From contig JBBSNO010000002.1 in assembly GCA_038232615.1 (NCBI GenBank), positions 1 to 35,190 on the forward strand: DNA of 35,190 nucleotides, written 5' to 3'. The stretch comes from Actinomycetales bacterium (GTDB taxonomy: Bacteria > Actinomycetota > Actinomycetes > Actinomycetales > DASROP01). Position 1 is the first letter of the stretch. Each line of letters begins with the position of its first letter. The notes beneath the pieces were generated by a model. It saw only the letters and a program-made list of their open reading frames with translations, did not search any database and had not been told where the DNA came from. Positions 31,156-35,190 of the stretch are shown in pieces. The translations under genes were made by a program, and so were the position numbers.

Positions 31156-32111
31156 GTGTGCTGCCCCCGCCCCCCGGACGAGGCACCGACCAGCTCGAGC
31201 CCGCGAGCATCGACGCCCTCGTCGGCCAGCTCAGCCAGGACGACGAGCGCGGCGTGAGCCTGTGGCGCGGTGCCTGGCGGCGGCTGCGCCGCAACCCGAG
31301 CGCCATCATCGGCGCGGCGCTGATGCTCACGTTCATCCTCGTCGCGGTCTTCGCGCCGCTCATCGCCGGCCACGAGCCGGGGCAGCCCATCGCCAACAGC
31401 GGGGTCACGCCGTCGTCGGTGCCGGGCCCCTCGGAGGAGTACCCGCTCGGTCTGGACTCCACCGGCGTGGACCTGCTCACGCAGCTCGTCTTCGGTGCGC
31501 GCCAGTCACTGCTCATCGGCGTCGTCTCGACCAGCTTCGGACTGGTCATCGGCGTCTCGATCGGCCTGTTGGCAGGCGGTTTCGGCGGCAAGGTCGACAG
31601 CGTGGTGATGCGGTTCGTCGACATCCTGCTGTCGATCCCGAGCCTGCTGCTCGCGGTCAGCATCGCCGCCGTGCTGGGCCAGAGCCAGACGTCGGTGATG
31701 ATCGCCATCGGTGGCGCGCAGGTGCCGATCTTCGCGCGCCTGCTGCGCGGGTCGCTCCTGCAGCAGCGGGCCTCGGACTACGTGCTGGCGTCGTGGTCGC
31801 TCGGGCTGCGTCGCCGCAGCGTCGTGATGAACCACATGCTGCCGAACTCCCTCGGGCCGGTGATCGTGCAGGCGACGCTGACCCTTGCCACCGCGATCAT
31901 CGAGGTGGCGGCCCTGTCGTACCTCGGCCTGGGTGAGCCCAACCCGAGCGCCGCCGAGTGGGGCCGGATGCTCGTGCAGGCCCAGAACCGGCTGGAGACG
32001 GACCCGCACCTCGCGCTGCTGCCCGGCATCTGCATCGCGGTCACGGCGCTCGGCTTCACCCTGTTCGGTGAGGCCCTGCGCGAGGCCCTCGACCCCAAGT
32101 TCCGCCGGTGA
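31152..32111 (+). CDS. ABC transporter permease (DppC/OppC-like)
   Basis: LWRGAWRRLRRNPSAIIGAALMLTFILVAVFAPLIA and the BPD_transp_1 core are present. There is an ATGA overlap with the upstream stop. Confidence 0.92.
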   Translation: MSVLPPPPGRGTDQLEPASIDALVGQLSQDDERGVSLWRGAWRRLRRNPSAIIGAALMLTFILVAVFAPLIAGHEPGQPIANSGVTPSSVPGPSEEYPLGLDSTGVDLLTQLVFGARQSLLIGVVSTSFGLVIGVSIGLLAGGFGGKVDSVVMRFVDILLSIPSLLLAVSIAAVLGQSQTSVMIAIGGAQVPIFARLLRGSLLQQRASDYVLASWSLGLRRRSVVMNHMLPNSLGPVIVQATLTLATAIIEVAALSYLGLGEPNPSAAEWGRMLVQAQNRLETDPHLALLPGICIAVTALGFTLFGEALREALDPKFRR

Positions 32112-33172
32112 CCCACCAGATGACGACCACGGCCAGCCCTTCCGCAGCCGCAGGGTCCTCGGCCCTGCTCGAGGTGGAGAACCTGACGGTCACCTTCGGA
32201 CCGAGGACGAAGCGTCCGGTCCTGGCCGTCGACGGGGTCACGTTCAGCGTGCGGCCGGGCGAGGTCGTCGGGCTCGTCGGGGAGTCAGGCAGCGGCAAGT
32301 CCGTCACCTCCCTGGCGGTGATGGGGCTCCTGCCCCGGCGCGGCGTGGACGTCGGGGGCTCGGTGCGGTTCGCCGGTCGCGAGCTCGTGGGCGCTCCCCG
32401 GCAGGAGCTGGCGCAGATGCGGGGCCGCGACATCGCGATGGTCTTCCAGGACCCGATGTCGTCCCTGAACCCCGTCGTCCCGATCGGGGTCCAGGTCACC
32501 GAGGTGCTGCTCGCGCACACCGACGCCAGTAGGGACGCCGCCCGCGACGAGGCCGAGGAGCTGCTGCGCCGTGTCGGGATACCGGACCCGCGTCGTCGGC
32601 TCAAGGACTACCCGCACCAGCTCTCCGGCGGGATGCGCCAGCGGGTGCTGATCGCGATCGCCCTGGCCTGCAAGCCGCGCCTGCTGATCGCCGACGAGCC
32701 GACCACGGCCCTCGACGTCACCATCCAGGCCCAGGTGCTCGAGCTGCTCCGGCAGATGGTGACCGAGACGGACACTGCCATGGTCATGATCACGCACGAC
32801 CTGGGCGTCGTCGCCGGGCTGTGCGACCAGGTCAACGTGATGTACAGCGGCCGGGTGGTGGAGACCGCCGGACGCCAGGAGCTCTTCGGCGTCCCCCGGC
32901 ACCGCTACACCGAGGGGCTGCTCGCCTCGATCCCGCGCCTGGACGCGCCGCGGGGCGAGCCGTTGCGCCCGATCCCGGGGACACCGCGCGACGTGCTGCC
33001 GTGGCTGCGCGCGTGCGCCTTCGCCCCACGGTGCGCGGCGGCGACGGACGAGTGCGCCGTCGGTGACCTGGCCCTGGCACCGGACCACGACCGTCCGGGG
33101 CACCTGCACCGGTGCGTGCACCCCGCGGTTGTCCCGTCCGGCGCCCGTGTCGCCGGCACGGGGGTCCGATGA
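32108..33172 (+). CDS. ABC transporter ATP-binding protein (DppD/OppD-like)
   Basis: [29 protein letters not shown] and the oligopeptide C-terminal domain are present. There is a GTGA overlap with the upstream stop. Confidence 0.92.
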   Translation: MTHQMTTTASPSAAAGSSALLEVENLTVTFGPRTKRPVLAVDGVTFSVRPGEVVGLVGESGSGKSVTSLAVMGLLPRRGVDVGGSVRFAGRELVGAPRQELAQMRGRDIAMVFQDPMSSLNPVVPIGVQVTEVLLAHTDASRDAARDEAEELLRRVGIPDPRRRLKDYPHQLSGGMRQRVLIAIALACKPRLLIADEPTTALDVTIQAQVLELLRQMVTETDTAMVMITHDLGVVAGLCDQVNVMYSGRVVETAGRQELFGVPRHRYTEGLLASIPRLDAPRGEPLRPIPGTPRDVLPWLRACAFAPRCAAATDECAVGDLALAPDHDRPGHLHRCVHPAVVPSGARVAGTGVR

Positions 33173-34302
33173 CCGCGACCGAGGAGGAGGGGACCGCCGC
33201 TCCCGGCGACCGCGCGCAGGACGACGTGCTGCTCTCCGCGCGTGGCCTGGAGGTCCACTTCCCGATCAAGCGCGGGGTATTGTTCGACCGGACCGTGGGT
33301 CACGTCCGCGCCGTCGACGGTGTCGACCTTGACGTCGTCCGGGGGACCACGTTCGGCCTCGTGGGCGAGTCCGGGTGCGGCAAGTCGACGCTCGGGCGGG
33401 CCGTGCTGAGGCTCGAGGAGCCGACGGCCGGGGAGGTCGTATTCGACGGCACCGAGATGCGCGCTCTGCGCTCCGAGCCGCTGCGGCGGATCCGGCGCCG
33501 GATGCAGATGGTGTTCCAGGACCCGATGTCCAGCCTCGACCCGCGCCAGAGTGTGCAGAGCATCCTGACCGAGCCGCTGCGGGCGCACTCTCGCGAGGGT
33601 GGCCGCAAGGTCTGGGACGCCCGGGTCCGCGAGCTGCTGGAGGTCGTCGGCCTGCCGGCGAACGCGGGCGCGAAGTTCCCGCACGAGTTCTCCGGCGGCC
33701 AGCGCCAGCGGATCGGCATCGCCCGGGCGATGGTGCTGAACCCGGAGCTCGTGGTAGCCGACGAACCGGTCAGCGCGCTGGACGTCTCGGTGCAGGCCCA
33801 GGTCATCAACCTGCTCGAGGAGCTGCAGGACCGCCTGGGGCTGACCTACGTCGTCATCGCCCACGACCTGGCCGTCGTCCGGCACATCTCCGACCGCATC
33901 GGCGTGATGTACCTCGGCCGTATCGTCGAGGAGGCGGACGGCGACTCGTTGTACGAGAAGCCGTTGCACCCGTACACGATCTCGCTGATGTCGGCGATCC
34001 CGGTGCCCGACCCGGACGTCGAAGACCGGCGCGAGCGCATCCTGCTCGCCGGTGACCTGCCCAGCCCCGCGAACCCACCCTCGGGCTGCCGGTTCCACAC
34101 GCGGTGCCCGTTCCGTCAGGCCACGCGCTGCCACGACGAGGAGCCGGTGCTCGTCGAGCTGAAGCCCGGGCACCGTGTCTCCTGCCACTGGGCCCGCGAC
34201 ATCGCCGCTGGTCACATCACCGCCTCGGCGGCTGCCCACGATCCGACGACACTGCGCGAGGACGACGACGATGCCCTCGAGACTGCCCCCACCAGCCGCT
34301 AA
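33169..34302 (+). CDS. ABC transporter ATP-binding protein (DppF/OppF-like)
   Basis: [30 protein letters not shown] and C-terminal GCRFHTRCP are present. There is an ATGA overlap with the upstream stop. Confidence 0.92.
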   Translation: MTATEEEGTAAPGDRAQDDVLLSARGLEVHFPIKRGVLFDRTVGHVRAVDGVDLDVVRGTTFGLVGESGCGKSTLGRAVLRLEEPTAGEVVFDGTEMRALRSEPLRRIRRRMQMVFQDPMSSLDPRQSVQSILTEPLRAHSREGGRKVWDARVRELLEVVGLPANAGAKFPHEFSGGQRQRIGIARAMVLNPELVVADEPVSALDVSVQAQVINLLEELQDRLGLTYVVIAHDLAVVRHISDRIGVMYLGRIVEEADGDSLYEKPLHPYTISLMSAIPVPDPDVEDRRERILLAGDLPSPANPPSGCRFHTRCPFRQATRCHDEEPVLVELKPGHRVSCHWARDIAAGHITASAAAHDPTTLREDDDDALETAPTSR

Positions 34303-34319
34303 CCCCGGGGGTTAGCGGC
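34295..34319. terminator. 12-bp perfect palindromic hairpin between convergent ABC ATPase and FtsX-type permease genes
   Basis: GCCGCTAACCCC-g-GGGGTTAGCGGC. It includes the TAA stop at 34300-34302. There is no U-tract. Confidence 0.45.
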
Positions 34320-34335
34320 TCGGACAGGCAGGGGG

Positions 34336-35190
34336 TCAGGGGGTGCTGATCGCGGCGAGCACGTCGAGACGGGTGGCCCGGACGGCGGGGAGGACGGCGC
34401 CCAGGACGCCGACGAGCGCCGCCAGCACGAACACCACGGCGATGCTGCCGACGGGGACGACGAGCTCGACGAGGCCGTCGTCGACGAGGGCACGCTGGAG
34501 GGCGACCCCCAGCACGAGCCCGAGCACGGTGCCCAGGACAGCCCCGAACAGCGCCGTCAGCACCGACTCGATCGTGATCACCCGCGCCATCTGGCCACGG
34601 GTCATGCCCACGGCCCGCAGCAGGCCGATCTCCCGGGTCCGCTCGAAGACGGACAGGGCGAGGGTGTTGACGATGCCGAGCACGGCGATCACCACCGACA
34701 GCGCCAGCAGCACGTAGATGATCACGAGCAGCTGCTGGGTCTGGTCGGCCTGCGCGGACGTGAACTGGCCCTTGTCCTGCACCGACACGACGACGAACGG
34801 GGCGACGACGTCGACGAGTGCGCTGCGGACCTCGGCCAGGTCGGCGCCGGGAGCCGCACGGACGTAGGCGAGCAGGTCGAGCTGCTGGGCAGCCGGGACG
34901 GCGCGCTCCGCCAGCCCGGTGGGCAGCACCAGGCTGCTCGACAGCACGGCGTTGTCCTCGAAGACGCCGCCGACCACCACGTCGGTCCCGGTGAGCGTCC
35001 CGACGGTGCCGGTCAGCACGCTGCCGACCTCCCAGCCGTTCTCCTGCGCTGCCGACGTCGAGACGAGAGCCTGCCCGTCGTCCAGGGCCCCGGCCGTGGG
35101 GGGGCGCCCCCGGAGGGGGCGGGTGTGCACCCGTGCGGCGGCCGCGGGCGGGGCGGCGCCCGGGGGGCCGCGGGCCAGCCCCACCGCGAC
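34336..35190 (-). CDS. ABC transporter permease, FtsX/MacB family (C-terminal part; runs off the right edge)
   Basis: ALSVVIAVLGIVNTLALSVFERTREIGLLRAVGMTRGQM...LVGVLGAVLPAVRATRLDVLAAI is the FtsX-domain signature. The frame is open to the window end. Confidence 0.85.
   Translation of the reverse strand, partial: VAVGLARGPPGAAPPAAAARVHTRPLRGRPPTAGALDDGQALVSTSAAQENGWEVGSVLTGTVGTLTGTDVVVGGVFEDNAVLSSSLVLPTGLAERAVPAAQQLDLLAYVRAAPGADLAEVRSALVDVVAPFVVVSVQDKGQFTSAQADQTQQLLVIIYVLLALSVVIAVLGIVNTLALSVFERTREIGLLRAVGMTRGQMARVITIESVLTALFGAVLGTVLGLVLGVALQRALVDDGLVELVVPVGSIAVVFVLAALVGVLGAVLPAVRATRLDVLAAISTP

Overview
This is a very GC-rich actinobacterial chromosomal segment (by eye over 70% G+C, with strong G/C preference at codon position 3). 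It carries about 35 protein genes and one tRNA-Leu(GAG). I saw no rRNA, CRISPR array or transposase.

Most of the content is conserved housekeeping:
- the divergent glgC / glgA (GlgM-type) pair
- an orphan ABC ATPase
- a secreted SLT-type lytic transglycosylase
- a TauE/SafE permease followed by a TrmH-family methyltransferase
- an M20 peptidase
- an aldo/keto reductase and an LLM-class F420 oxidoreductase
- uppP and corA
- the actinobacterial trio of histidine phosphatase, DUF3090 and SCO1664-like kinase, next to mshC
- a PAC2 protein
- metH plus a HAD hydrolase
- a five-gene peptide/nickel-type ABC importer
- the 3' part of an FtsX-type permease

From memory, the gene order from the M20 peptidase to metH resembles the Mycobacterium tuberculosis Rv2141c-Rv2124c neighbourhood. 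I therefore read this as mostly core genome, not an island.

The non-core or odd content is:
1. A strictly 22-bp-phased array of GATCAAGGAACTC units, closed by an 18-bp perfect inverted repeat, lies in the gap between convergent mshC and PAC2. A related copy cluster lies upstream of a DUF222/HNH (REP13E12-type) gene.
2. Five 16-bp tandem repeats lie between the divergent corA and phosphatase promoters.
3. A surface-protein gene has its signal peptide in one frame and its LAXTG sorting signal in another.
4. A TANNNT box sits 6-8 nt before the start codon at 13 or more genes. This implies leaderless mRNAs and fully overlapping divergent promoters.
5. A DUF6328 / YbaK-like / methyltransferase operon is joined by GTGA start-stop overlaps.

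All product calls rest on motif and family recognition by eye, with no searches run. Start codons were chosen from Shine-Dalgarno (SD) or leaderless signals and are less certain than stops.
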